From positions 1 through 56,455 of the IMG/VR virus record IMGVR_UViG_3300030117_005233: 56,455 nt of DNA; one strand, given 5' to 3'. Of this stretch, positions 48,601 through 55,773 are shown piece by piece. The stretch's first letter is position 1. Every line of letters begins with the position of its first letter. The notes under the pieces are model-generated. The model was not told where the DNA came from. It was given only the letters and a program-made list of their open reading frames with translations, and ran no database searches. The DNA is from a virus (lineage: Duplodnaviria > Caudoviricetes). The translations under genes and the position numbers were made by a program.

Positions 48601-49863
48601 TCCTACAGGATCAGCTATTATGTCAGATGTAACATAAGACGGAACTCGTTTTGCTCGATCAAAATTTGTTGCTTCATTTTTAATACTTTGTCTTAAAATC
48701 AAATCACTATTATTTCCAGACACGTCTTCCATAACAGCTAATGCGCGTATAGGTTTTTCTATTTCTGATTGAACTAAAGGAGGAATATAAGTAATAACGT
48801 CGCCTTGTATATCATTACGCTCAACAAAAAATCCTTTAGGAATTGATTTATAACCGCTAGCCGGTGCACCATTTGGACCGATAGTATAAGTTTCTCCTGA
48901 AAATGATGTTGTTCCAAGAGGTGGTTTTGTTGCTGTATAAAATATTTCACCCGCAAAAATAGGATTATTAGGATTATATGTTGTATTTGTATCAGTAGCA
49001 GTTTGTTCAGTAATTTGTATAGAACCAGGTTTATCAGCAATAAATGCTCTGTTTCTTCCGTTATAAACAACCCAAGTTGCTTCATCTGGAAATACATTAG
49101 CTACTGAAGAAAATCCTGCGTCTGATTCTTCGGGCGTTTCTTGTCTAAATAATATAATCCAATCAGATAATTCGTCTGCTATTTGAGTTTTAAGTTCATT
49201 AAGTTGTTCGCGTTCGGTTGCAGCTATTTGTTCGAAATAACTAGCTTCATCAGCACCGATATAACCACCAGCAGCCGAGACCCTACTTGCGTAGTTATTA
49301 AATGCTTGGTATTCCGCACTGTTATAAATACTCGGAAAAGAAAGATTTCCAGCTATATCCCAATTATTATTATATTCATTCTCAGAAATAGATTTAGCAT
49401 AAGCAAGATAATCTTTATAGTTTTGATCTGCTATTGCGGCATATTTTACTCCTGGGTTATATGCTCTAACGTCTCTGTTTCCAAACCCATAAAAATAAGC
49501 CTCGCCGCGGTAGTGACTATAGTAAGGGTACGAACTACTATTTACATTCCTTGCTAATTGTTTATATACTGAGTTAGTAGGCTTCCATTGAAGTTGCCAA
49601 ACTGGATTATTTGAATATACTAATTTAGTTCCGTCGTGATATATAGACGGTGCATAAATTAATCGATATTTTTCACCTAGTGTTGTATTAGTTTGTTTTT
49701 CATATAGATAACTATATTTTTTCTGATATACACCGGTCGCATCAACATATGATTCATCATTTGGTCTCCAATTAATGTATCCATCGTTATCAGCTGCCCA
49801 TCGGGTATGGCTTTGACTTGACGGAAAAACATCTATTTGGTATCCTGTAATTATTTCAGCCAT
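36649..49863 (-). CDS. Giant (4404 aa) probable virion/tail-fibre adhesin with Calx-beta-like modules
   Basis: Single open frame; late promoter upstream, so ATG 49863 is preferred as start; G/N/S/T/P/Y-rich; EGNE Calx-beta-like motifs; co-oriented with the PAAR gene. Confidence 0.7.
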   Translation of the reverse strand: MAEIITGYQIDVFPSSQSHTRWAADNDGYINWRPNDESYVDATGVYQKKYSYLYEKQTNTTLGEKYRLIYAPSIYHDGTKLVYSNNPVWQLQWKPTNSVYKQLARNVNSSSYPYYSHYRGEAYFYGFGNRDVRAYNPGVKYAAIADQNYKDYLAYAKSISENEYNNNWDIAGNLSFPSIYNSAEYQAFNNYASRVSAAGGYIGADEASYFEQIAATEREQLNELKTQIADELSDWIILFRQETPEESDAGFSSVANVFPDEATWVVYNGRNRAFIADKPGSIQITEQTATDTNTTYNPNNPIFAGEIFYTATKPPLGTTSFSGETYTIGPNGAPASGYKSIPKGFFVERNDIQGDVITYIPPLVQSEIEKPIRALAVMEDVSGNNSDLILRQSIKNEATNFDRAKRVPSYVTSDIIADPVGYDYIDVPVPFSGFTDNTVFTAISNSPDLFDSPFDSTPLSDIAETYFPVADSPRTALFTQNMYCRYPKELFIIGTNGPEGLEQYDRYENLGLSDEFVNTGGTGNIATYDYSTHPLVGTSHYASSYGGDFIQSLLQSYADGAPAFKYGYAPVDITSASTFLSTNPFKKDTNPRFSGELIVNNPNAGDTFTATEFEFTLDPGSTQKSGGAQFVSRRNPTREWGNNNPDDPKFGSPYFGNFNQYNKRHNCPNGVPLNSPNLDTVVTHLVPSVIEVKGAGDRKQNLVNGSPSDVGAAFDSPFRNFDRGHRNDPTKCLPFSSRYNGYYFRYKNEETRAGTDGTIAPAWYKKYDLTTDKSGAQHDRTLKQIQQPKSGGASSNTQSPYGSYPATATEDIRIVYDSPFFYMRDYSLKGTSTQSPKNAEHNPYHNNDSRHNANYTNVYKCRGYRSFPSNSPLGAANSPGTLPNNFPRPVYGAPPATIELGVPKTFSWDAIGELNASHSTTNNISTFDVDTLPTSTGVQGHSWYSSSASDETNNMYAGTFSITVDSSSKKVTAISFTPTAANGNNCAFWVGQQVRITGGTMNGFKFYIAEVRNTIDRNIGNRHQEGWMGCLEAGDITADLDASAAPDRENRAPVNVYPFGNPPHFNMHFGKVRNNIMHRESTWNFSTGKFDFESHGTFQVNIKNGMYNIGTRRTAAGKDFLGRAHGGNSPIMNGSPGGGKNNYKTDGMGFPFVESSYNYQTTGDVGKTASITLNLVNDWNNGTHIFTEDEYGNVDVAYKYDLNIKTGIIPIGHQFSLDTFSNIAQHQAFNEYYFYSIVEARDKTTKAVVDSMSGYFYLGTSGDLDSYRARRETLINNENHVKQYNYKRNDNAIVKFDHKSLVIPRNRILLGGGLNPAPGNHLGGSIPATVKEFKLIQDGKTVGDWRGILRESTFRLALSKDRAFVSETPPDNTITITCTTYAVERGQEFEYEIVGDRLTDNIDIDDFIGLSSLKGKFVMDGRLQDSIVLTINPDKKREGNEQVRVQITGDQKAFTIFTIKDDSQPETFVLSSSPGQDIAAFTVTGHSSPKRNGTYYRYDNKDNSSPNAYNNSPNSGYQVVLAKDTQGGGLQEWEWLWRDNRGASGSTIFGGAHLPYGQNGRQGSPGLYGRGDAYTSAYLQNPALINWQSKSAGLPSNAGFDNTIIRDHQSETDIRQLYLSGFEQIGKSTTINHFPRLIESTPPQEINVNYHTLSSGRLSVGSNQLTKNVNGRYIKSNNNRYINTTNNTEIVKPLIAQEEVLSQIKLSNFGTFALADNVHKDLMPRVSGSIFNNKFQQDGLFWNWLLDFVENGYRDPLWHLKYPVKAEGNTEDFPFKVDIGPIENLSRNQWYPELIIDIANDYDNFISSYSGPESDSAFAPAGGKDYFIWGLLNVPKGVPSYYNGGFVVHPDLQFRNLADGTVSGHGHNQSHAQNILNLICGNKLPPSGLHLKKYEGKIVLPIQATAGAPNDIRSLYSEDGDPENLQLPLLSINYKGVQFQSGSRVYQRISETVFRGIPTKDELVSFIGPSATDAEYLQYISETDLYQTAMSEIWQIELESESLQEDRYPRWVINVYTKNLEPQEYKIKGVSGREDLITKQNVRNTNLNRSESIYRSFNNYRNTLCNYHDPLMFRSKVRIYQDSNNTITSQFVSPDRVVWEMSKDGIAVLEEEGLKYNLNQEDVIKLNNLGYVGDVDLIYSYIIHDVGRWTIRDNEWPYNEYYQDEIKGYNSDVDIRNSTFEPTYNYRTFNTFYTPRFGGTLQLGNRTQTTHYGFERDYALQVSLKNNQEIYSVGLQTLNGDYYRGFEGFPQADDTRVFTVATPSLQVIELMERYVKEAPQESFQILPTIIGETGEQTIYDDPKYVVAAVDRITRFRNICDGPGVPEDGIKVYEQKKPINVVKVYENPSDGVNTFKVNLNTTGVQAGTNVVFNIDARSAEDPPRFATVSATNEDIYGLNYSPRVGLSSITLRGFGVNTSPENTIRNANGEYILVSDSPIKYAKLDFNTTVTEDGSNGTINFAKWLLRQNSPREGHPSFGGPFASPNNASFDRGSSPNKFTIYRNTYGYSGLTLKKLKEDPGRNVSGAVAFQGDAFRSVPPYIDISLGETTGSFLSESSQNYYQYYNTQSPSLLDKLSVGQYVKFLNKDGSAPTGTLAPFATSSYKIIARPRKNVIRIGGFNSPSDTRKTSNPYSGRQISRWENLPITETHKQASEKQLDYREGTATSGMATSAGLRGKRRARLHFGELGEIPDNIKNLKVGSQVKFYYKAGDTKLDIDVREYFPNNAKYDRATADYLAGRGFQLREGSIVPRKDFRYKWFVRTTSQGGFNEPNLADERLTPTANLTALYKGPVFRKGDPYRPTPLAVGTGGGGGRNWWVPSDVEPRKTVKTWEFMQLDQFTNIYTVLDIAIDANGQNYIELEVPLESDIATTYGVQMEDTAGNIIKKIPRLGEEYFYVQEERFAPGRHDIYPHIGMYLYEYSEVIPQVETLDVAIAVGRFAYFGGEVLGPNHSTSNETDSLHEIYGSFLPNAQTDDEGKERYKSWPRTEQRYGTQFGYIMPFEELSEVFNEEVHARTTLFENYNIDPRGFGNRSFNPSYQRNFSVFHMLPGWYTYDPKAVVTLPPSFQDPTTWDRLTPPTGFFIPEEGQELGLTLDNGTMEKDGNVVGFFPDFMDLYHVDENPNDNWTNGTLELFNQSDFEEENITSTGNNTPVDSPFFYYNKNSPALDFSNASFVNTTGANCPNPGIILQNDLIQKTPRRLQGSFKIDGSPGAGSDSFEFRVNKDNNIVEGNEIFTFSLDSSQGFECNEIDFQLINDGTFEIPDSPRYIENLSPSDAYTVFNNNLFWNDTHSSPGVTRTAIGVVPVSDPTGGTGLRDPSEHSYNENVILYANNDYTVGLPIVSLSGEYTVRSFPDIHYKYRQFDTVEQITEFISNAAPGFRSTDVLSLYNDTHDRVDSPAHHKNEHPAIRATQDPSLDPGNTTFQVVIADTDIINRQSPEIITIAAEGFINSNSPIEAWNLNNSTFYQWGPYPNPLQSNPLFYGVNSPVFYSQDNHFKISKSGDAGGKLIIQNAVHADFEIKKDNFQYAISDGGTWNGSYSYNNTHNGTELYKQGNKIFQIYVDEKYRRDEIDSMIDPKSIRMTTTGFTDPRLNTTWMLVDARGAGNKSKVAMRTKHPEEEEDGFTSFRTGYYYSAPTSSQYNPPEEKQIFEEFPNDILMNSIEARDEYIKAHDGNGSNDRCTNLHYGTVDKRFKHHHWIPVNWSSFPYNFRPVMYFSTSLAYTSLGSDGYPKLFDDGFSRSVLKKTGYFYTSGDYYHPEEHASDIAFEARANYRNEDSVVVLENTVPSIAFVMRNLFYDTRPVDHVAPTLARSQGVNTFLFQSRFRNYSIVFSKIKVSEFGYLDYFTGQEKLKPVSGDTVYTQTGMPSDVANWEVDYIIDEEDPLGSWPVETYVKSSSGLLFDQQNFSDYNQENYRFFQGYENPDRDIVAATLTTSWLTSNKIAPQVGTIEKAPIFSELWDTSWSQARRRAEAIFDHTDQQMEAPPYYIPTFYGVNYTTQVTGIPDAPALYTADSPNATILTAKWSDQSGTELKTEYDSEDSPTYYAGFNLKRYSGKELIKDYKGYGWPLPPTANTVFDITVDNTPSRIVPYQVAYQIERISELGIVTNEIELVQYNKPVFNTVAQGIGRELRAYVNIDEPSAAESGDDVDGIKSRTGINSKYDRINGTLFETPMDEFGEKYKLELLIDPDITSSPYAGTGLTLEDRIDRYTRNAYWNILKVDANGDEYVLHKQNSPAYTVEMNVAANNYPTLEEVREDPSGYSSDYYDYEELYERIGGDPYWRARRKINGSINTEPIGDSYLIFANFQAKHYDNGGATMAINELRRDMALIKNLISDSPWPLNETKSRFPGSYGMTPIGQSPHLWTNSPTFGRISYNTTATDTYQQAKTITSINLHNFSPVL

Positions 49864-49869
49864 AAACAC

Positions 49870-49877
49870 TATTTATA
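49870..49877 (-). promoter_or_regulatory. T4-type late promoter for the giant ORF
   Basis: TATTTATA on + equals TATAAATA on -, 6 nt before the ATG. Confidence 0.75.
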
Positions 49878-49923
49878 TGTTTTTTTGATGTACATTACTG
49901 GTGAATTATGGTATATTATAAAT

Positions 49924-50373
49924 ATGAAAAAATTAATAATAATTATCCTAGGTCTATTGATTGGATTTGTTTGTTTTGTCCAAGCAGATTATGAAAAAAT
50001 AATAGTAGCTACAACACTAATTTTAGAAGCTGGTGGAGAATATGACGAAGGTTCTCTTGAAGCAGTTTATGAAGTTATACACAATCGTTCAATAAAAAGA
50101 AATCAAACATACAAAGAAGTATGTTTACGATATAAACAATTTTCTTGTTGGAACAATATTCATACACCATTTCGCGTAAAAGAAATAGATAAGAATATTA
50201 AAAAAGCAAAGAGTCACCCTAGATGGTCAGAAGCTTATAAGATAGCTAGTAATACGTGTAATACTAATTATACTAAAGGCGCTGACCACTATCACGCAGA
50301 CTATGTCGATCCATATTGGAGAAAATCTTTAACAAAAACTGTTAAGATTGGCCTACATATCTTTTATAAATAA
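49924..50373 (+). CDS. SleB-like cell wall hydrolase (Hydrolase_2)
   Basis: Start re-called to MKKLIII; LILEAGGE, VIHNR, QFSCWN, GADHYHADYVDPYW, IGLHIFY; early-type promoter at 49889-49917. Confidence 0.9.
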   Translation: MKKLIIIILGLLIGFVCFVQADYEKIIVATTLILEAGGEYDEGSLEAVYEVIHNRSIKRNQTYKEVCLRYKQFSCWNNIHTPFRVKEIDKNIKKAKSHPRWSEAYKIASNTCNTNYTKGADHYHADYVDPYWRKSLTKTVKIGLHIFYK

Positions 50374-50405
50374 CAATAGTAATAACCTTAATTAAGGAGA
50401 AAATA

Positions 50406-50582
50406 ATGGTTACATTAATTGTAAGTTTTCTTTTAGGTGTAATTACAGGTGCATTAGTTGCTCGTAATAATATCAAAAAGCTAAACAAAATCGTGGCTGA
50501 AGCTGAAGAAGCCGCAGCAGCAATCGATTCCAAGATTGAAGGTCTTCCTGCTAAATACAAGAAGATTCTTGGAAAAGACTAA
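50406..50582 (+). CDS. 58-aa single-TM protein
   Basis: Below the ORF-track cutoff; TATAAATA at 50365-50372, AAGGAG SD, MVTLIVSFLLGVITGALVARNN... Confidence 0.7.
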   Translation: MVTLIVSFLLGVITGALVARNNIKKLNKIVAEAEEAAAAIDSKIEGLPAKYKKILGKD

Positions 50583-50589
50583 ATCGGCT

Positions 50590-50614
50590 GGGTGTCCGTT
50601 AACACCCCTTTTTT
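50590..50614 (+). terminator. Rho-independent terminator
   Basis: GGGTGT-ccgtta-ACACCC followed by T6. Confidence 0.7.
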
Positions 50615-50617
50615 AAT

Positions 50618-51103
50618 ATGGTAGGATTAGTTACAATGTTAGTATCGACTCTTGGTGCCACAGGTATGGGGTCAATTTTAAAAATAGCTGGTGGATTAGT
50701 ACAATCTTTTAATGATGCCAGAGAAAAAAAAGCTGAAAGAGAATTAGCTAGAGACCTTGCTATATCAGGTCAAGCAATTGATTTTCAGAAAGCTACATTT
50801 GGAGAAACAGATGCATCAACTGCAAAATTTACTAGGGCTACTCGCCGTTTCATCGCTCTTATGGGGATGTTCAACTTTTTCGTCATCTCCGTCCTCTGCA
50901 CAATCTGGCCAGACGTTGAGCTTATCACTTTTACCCCACCTGAACAAAAAGACACATACAAATTCTTGTTCGGTTTGTTCACAATCCCAATCGGAGAGCA
51001 AAGTCCAACGACCGCAATCACAACGGGTCACATCACTCTCGTCTCGATCACCACTTTGGGAGCTATCATCGGCTTTTACTTCACCCCAGGAGGAAAAAAA
51101 TAA
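50618..51103 (+). CDS. Holin-like 3-TM protein (GTA_holin_3TM-like)
   Basis: N-terminal hydrophobic helix, coiled region, TRRFIA + TM, C-terminal IIGFYF; next to the cell wall hydrolase. Confidence 0.55.
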   Translation: MVGLVTMLVSTLGATGMGSILKIAGGLVQSFNDAREKKAERELARDLAISGQAIDFQKATFGETDASTAKFTRATRRFIALMGMFNFFVISVLCTIWPDVELITFTPPEQKDTYKFLFGLFTIPIGEQSPTTAITTGHITLVSITTLGAIIGFYFTPGGKK

Positions 51104-51107
51104 ATGA
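50811..51107 (+). CDS. Overprinted lipoprotein (o-spanin/Rz1-like candidate)
   Basis: GGAGA SD at 50801-50805, ATG 50811, MHQLQNLLGLLAVSSLLWG-C lipobox; +1 frame inside the holin-like gene. Confidence 0.55.
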   Translation: MHQLQNLLGLLAVSSLLWGCSTFSSSPSSAQSGQTLSLSLLPHLNKKTHTNSCSVCSQSQSESKVQRPQSQRVTSLSSRSPLWELSSAFTSPQEEKNK

Positions 51108-51388
51108 CTGGTCATATACTAAAGTTTATGCAAGAAGTCGGTATTCCGATTACAGTTGCATTAGGAGTTGGTTGGTTTCTTTTTATTATTCTTAAATTTA
51201 TATTAGCACAAGTAGAAGAACGTATTCGTGGTGTTGCCAAAGCAATCGGTGGTTTAGAAAACAAAGTAGAAATCATGAATAACGACATCGTAAAAATAGA
51301 TACACTTATATCATGCGCATTTGAAACAGAACCAAACCTTACTCGTATCGCTGCGAGTGACGGTAAATCAGATGCGAGGGACAACTAA
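51104..51388 (+). CDS. Single-TM membrane protein with coiled coil
   Basis: VGIPITVALGVGWFLF; C-terminal DGKSDARD. Confidence 0.65.
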   Translation: MTGHILKFMQEVGIPITVALGVGWFLFIILKFILAQVEERIRGVAKAIGGLENKVEIMNNDIVKIDTLISCAFETEPNLTRIAASDGKSDARDN

Positions 51389-51657
51389 TGGGTGGACACG
51401 ACTTTGCACATTGGGCCGAGATTATCGGTCAAGTAGGATTTCCAGTAGTAGCACTATTATTCTGTGGATATTTTATATTCTACATATGGAAATGGGTAAC
51501 TAAAACTATTGATCCGGCTCTTGATGAGTTAGGTAGTTCATTAGGTAAGTTAAAGAAAGATGTTGCTACATTAGACAACGATTTGATACGTCTCAACATA
51601 AAGATGAAAGTTCTAAGAGCAGAACGCGAAAAAATCAAATGTATACAAGGAGAATAG
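51388..51657 (+). CDS. Single-TM membrane protein, paralogue of the preceding gene
   Basis: VGFPVVALLFCGYFIF...LDNDLIRL parallels VGIP...MNNDIVKI. Confidence 0.65.
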   Translation: MGGHDFAHWAEIIGQVGFPVVALLFCGYFIFYIWKWVTKTIDPALDELGSSLGKLKKDVATLDNDLIRLNIKMKVLRAEREKIKCIQGE

Positions 51658-51658
51658 T

Positions 51659-51919
51659 ATGTCAGACGAATTCTGGACAATAGAAGATTTTGGATTTACA
51701 GCGGTTAACGAAAATGAATTAGATGTAGCAAAAGCTGCAAGCACCGCATCATCAAGTGCCAAGGAGCAAGAAGAGAAATTGAAGAAACTCTATAACGCAA
51801 TCAAGCCTCTCTTGGCTAATCTTAAACAAAACCCCGAAAAGGAGTATATATTGTGGCCAAACAGAATAGGAGTTATCGAGAAGTTCGAGGCTCATTTGGC
51901 CGATATTGTCTACAAATGA
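51659..51919 (+). CDS. Conserved T4-like hypothetical protein
   Basis: DFGFTAV...NLKQNPEKEYILWPNR. Confidence 0.65.
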   Translation: MSDEFWTIEDFGFTAVNENELDVAKAASTASSSAKEQEEKLKKLYNAIKPLLANLKQNPEKEYILWPNRIGVIEKFEAHLADIVYK

Positions 51920-51920
51920 T

Positions 51921-52005
51921 GTAAGTTGTTGATTACCAATCACTTACATAGGTGACGCATATTCTTGCGTCTTTTTTTATAAGCCATTGATTACCAACTA
52001 CTTAG
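51921..52005. repeat. Second pair of 27-bp imperfect palindromes
   Basis: GTAAGTTGTTGATTACCAATCACTTAC (51921-51947) and ATAAGCCATTGATTACCAACTACTTAG (51979-52005). Confidence 0.88.
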
Positions 52006-52020
52006 GTAGGCGCTTTTTTA

Positions 52021-52049
52021 TGTACAAATCTGATATGTTATGGTATAAT
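52021..52049 (+). promoter_or_regulatory. Early promoter heading the small-ORF cluster
   Basis: TGTACA-N17-TATAAT with extended TGG. Confidence 0.78.
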
Positions 52050-52088
52050 ATATACATGATTGACACTGATAGAAAAGAAGGGACTGAT

Positions 52089-54249
52089 ATGGGATTACTT
52101 GAATTAGATAAAACGTATCATGAGGTTTTAAAAGAATATCATGATTCACCAAGCGGAAGTTTAAAAGAGTTTAAACTCAGTAAAAAGTTAGACGAGTTAG
52201 ATAGTAAAATTTCTAAAGAAATAGCGGATACTGAATTTGATTGGGGGTCCGATTAATATGGGCTGGTATGATGATATAGAATGGGAATATAAAGGTTACA
52301 AATGTTTAATCGAGTTTGATGTCGAAGAAGATAATGTAAAAGCATTTCATTCTGTAACTACACCAAAAGGTGAAGAAGTTGGTTTATACCTTTCTCCTTA
52401 TGACAGTAAAAAAGAAACAGTTGAAAACGAAGTTGACTACCATATTAAAAATGGAAAATTTAAGGAATATAAAAATGGTTAATTGGATAGGAACTAAGAC
52501 AGTTGAAGAACCGCACGCAAACGAAAAGCTTAAAATGGCTGACAACATCGCTGAAGCTTTCGCAGTTTATAAAACCAAAATAGGAGAAGATTATGAAAAT
52601 TGGACTCTTGGTTCGCGTGCTCTATTATCTGCTGATAATATAGAAAAGCGAATACGCGAGAACAGCGTAGTAGAATTTAAAAATGGCATTAGCCACAAGT
52701 GCGGTTCTAAATATATTAAAGTGACTAAAAATTTAGGTGATCAAACTTCAGTACACAGTTTCATCGTCAACACTTACGATGACAAAAAATTTAATTATGG
52801 TGATATTTTAAAAGCGGCAAGTTGGAAAGCACCAGCTAGAAACTTCTCGCGTGGAAATATCTTTGAAGAGTATAAAGTAAAATGGACAGGAGCAATATAA
52901 TATGAAAGCATTGTTAGATAATTTAACATTATATAATACACCAAAAACAAGAGAAGAAGCAAATAATTTAATCGATGCTTTAACACAAGCACAATACAAC
53001 TACAATCGAGAAGATTATGGTATGTCGGCAGAAGACTTGGCAATAGTATTCGGAAAAGAAAAAGGTGCTGAGTTAGAGAAGAATTATCAAGAGTCGTATG
53101 AACAAAATTACGGCATTCGTGAAAAAGCTTTTAAGGAAAAATTTAAAGGAAGACCCAATGGCAGATCCTAGTGAAAAAAGTTCTATCATAGAACAATTAC
53201 TTACCGAAATAAATGGTGGTAAAAGTCGAAGGGCGTATATACACGCTAATAGGTGTGTAAGGTGTGATGGTGATGCTTCACATTTTTATAATGAAGTATC
53301 AAGAAGAGAATATGCGATAAGTGGATGGTGTCAACACTGTCAAGATGAAATGTTTAATGACACAAGAACAGAAGGTATGTAATGAATAAATTATTCAAAA
53401 ATGTAGGATTATTTGCAATTAGTTTATTAATTGGAATATTTTTTATGAGGATTAAATAATGAATATACACGAAGATGCTGTAAAGCAAAGAGAACTTCAA
53501 GAAGAAAGACGAAGACAACTAGTTAAAAAAAAGCCACATATAGAGTACTATGATAAACTATATAACGCACAATTAGCTGTAGAAGCTGCAATAAGTGCGG
53601 TTGAGATGTATCAAAGTCACGAACAACATTTTTTAGGGCATCTTACTGCTGTAAAAGAAATGTTAGAGGCAAGGATAGAAAATGCCTAAATATTCAGAAA
53701 AGATAGATGCAATAGTTATGCGAGATACACGAAAACTCGTAAACGAGTGTATAAGTTTAGCGTGTGTACTCATAATGGTACCTGCGCATATAATTATATT
53801 ATTTTTTAGAATTATGTTTCCGTGGTTGATTCCATTTATAACAAAGGAGGACACGTGAAAACGTGGATAAGAGAAAACGTAAGAAGAATACAAGATGGCA
53901 TGATTGGTTTGTTTAGTGGATTTATAGTAACAAATCAAGATGTAGGTTTCGCAATGACCATGATTATAGCTGCAGCTTTTTTAGCAGTTATTGCTTGGGT
54001 AATAGGAATAAAATAAATGTATTTTAAGATGTACATTCCACTAGAAATATGGAATAATGGTATAACAATTAAAGAGGTGAGAATATGGCGATAGTAGGTC
54101 CGAAATGGAAAGATTATGATGATTACAATGATTCAGAGTTAGGCGGAATGGGTCCGGCTAGTTACGATATCGAAGATGAGTTTGGTCTGATGACTAATGG
54201 TAACGCAGATCAGAATTTGAATACGGAAACAGATGAGTGGGGTTATTAA
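52089..54249 (+). other. Cluster of small, tightly packed early hypothetical ORFs (e.g. 52089-52256, 52258-52482, 52475-52900, 52902-53171, 53159-53382 Zn finger, 53459-53689, 54085-54249)
   Basis: Co-oriented short ORFs with SDs or overlaps downstream of an early promoter. Confidence 0.6.
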
Positions 54250-55385
54250 TGGCGAAGAAATTTAATCGTGATGGATCGTTCTTTGCCGGTGATGCGCAGC
54301 ATACCGGCCAGGAACCAACTTGGGAAGACTACGATAGTTTATCTCAAGAAGAAAAAGATAAAAGATTACAAGATGCTTTATATTTTTACAGTTACTACTG
54401 TGATTTTGAAGATCTTAAAAAAGATTTTAAAACATATGCAACAAAGCATTATTCTGAAAAACAAGTCAAATATGTTTTAAAATGGTACAAAAGAGCTTCT
54501 AAGACTCTGCTTACTTCAGGAAAATTAGCACGTATGGTAAATCGTGGTTTACCTGAAAATGATGTTAACTTGAAGCACTTTAAAAATAACTTTGAAGAAG
54601 TGTTAAGAGCTTGTGAGATATGTGAAAGATATCAGAAAGTTGATGCAGAATTTCATGAAGCTGAAAAAGTAAAGAAAAAAGTTATATCACCTACAAAACG
54701 TTTAGAAGAAAAATGTGATTTAAAAGTCATTGTTTATTTAGAAGAAGTTATCGATGGAATAATTATGAGCATTGATTACTCAGATGTAAATATAACCGAG
54801 TTATTAGGTACAAATAATATACCAGCTAAAGGTTGTGAATATATTATGAAAGCAATACACAACGAATTAATGTTCTATAAAGAAATTAAATCAGGTAAGT
54901 GTGATCAACTCAATGAAGGATATAAATTTCTTGGTAAAAGAGATCTAAACAAAGTTATTAAGATACTAGGAGATTGGATTTGCGATACTGAAAAATATCG
55001 TCAGTCTATTAAAAAAACAGTTGTTCGCGTTAAGAAAGTAAAACCAGCCGGAACTCAAGTGAAAGATCTTAAGTTTGATAAAGACAATTCTAAGGTTGCA
55101 TCATATAAGATTCCAGGAGCTGTTGAATGTATAATATTTAATTCTAAGTATCGTAAGTTACAAGTATATTATGCGATTGGTAGATCTGGTTTATCTGTAA
55201 AAGGAACAACAATAAAAGATTTTGATGACGTTAAAAGTTATCAAGTAACAGTAAGACAAAATTTAGTAGAGGATGTTTTAAGTAAAAACCCAAAACAACT
55301 CGAAAAGTTTTTTAGTCCTAAAATAAAAAGAACTAAAGTGAATGGAAGAGTAAACGAACATTGTAGAATCGTTTACACAAAATAG
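54249..55385 (+). CDS. Conserved T4-like hypothetical protein upstream of gp33
   Basis: EPTW, QLNEGY, FNSKYRKL, SVKGTTI, NGRVN. Confidence 0.7.
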   Translation: MAKKFNRDGSFFAGDAQHTGQEPTWEDYDSLSQEEKDKRLQDALYFYSYYCDFEDLKKDFKTYATKHYSEKQVKYVLKWYKRASKTLLTSGKLARMVNRGLPENDVNLKHFKNNFEEVLRACEICERYQKVDAEFHEAEKVKKKVISPTKRLEEKCDLKVIVYLEEVIDGIIMSIDYSDVNITELLGTNNIPAKGCEYIMKAIHNELMFYKEIKSGKCDQLNEGYKFLGKRDLNKVIKILGDWICDTEKYRQSIKKTVVRVKKVKPAGTQVKDLKFDKDNSKVASYKIPGAVECIIFNSKYRKLQVYYAIGRSGLSVKGTTIKDFDDVKSYQVTVRQNLVEDVLSKNPKQLEKFFSPKIKRTKVNGRVNEHCRIVYTK

Positions 55386-55530
55386 GAGACATCATGAAAT
55401 TATTAATGTGGTTTACAGTAGGATTAAATTTGTTTAGTGCCGTACTAGGTTTTTTTGGCACAAATGAAAATTGGTCTGTAAATTTAATTACAGCGTGTGT
55501 AGTATATATTTTATTTAAAGAGGAAAATTA

Positions 55531-55773
55531 ATGGCCGAAAAAATTGAGATACCCGTAACTTTCACACAAAAATCTTTAGCACATAAAGTATGTATGTTAG
55601 TTCATTCTGATGGTTTAAAATATTCAGAAGCACTATTAGAAGTATGTGAGCAATACGAGATTGATCCGCACGACATTGCAAAATTAGTAAAAGGTCCATT
55701 GAAAGCTAAGTTAGAAGCTGAAGCAATGAAATACAATAATATACCAAATACAAATGGAAATAGTTTATATTGA
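55531..55773 (+). CDS. gp33: Late transcription coactivator
   Basis: YSEALLEVCEQYEID...LKAKLEAEA; upstream of gp59. Confidence 0.82.
   Translation: MAEKIEIPVTFTQKSLAHKVCMLVHSDGLKYSEALLEVCEQYEIDPHDIAKLVKGPLKAKLEAEAMKYNNIPNTNGNSLY

Noticed and set aside
37364-49557. Short ORFs antisense or out of frame within the giant gene, and similar ones inside gp43, cobS and uvsX
   Set aside because: Shadow ORFs without an evident SD, motif or compositional shift, unlike the 50811 overprint
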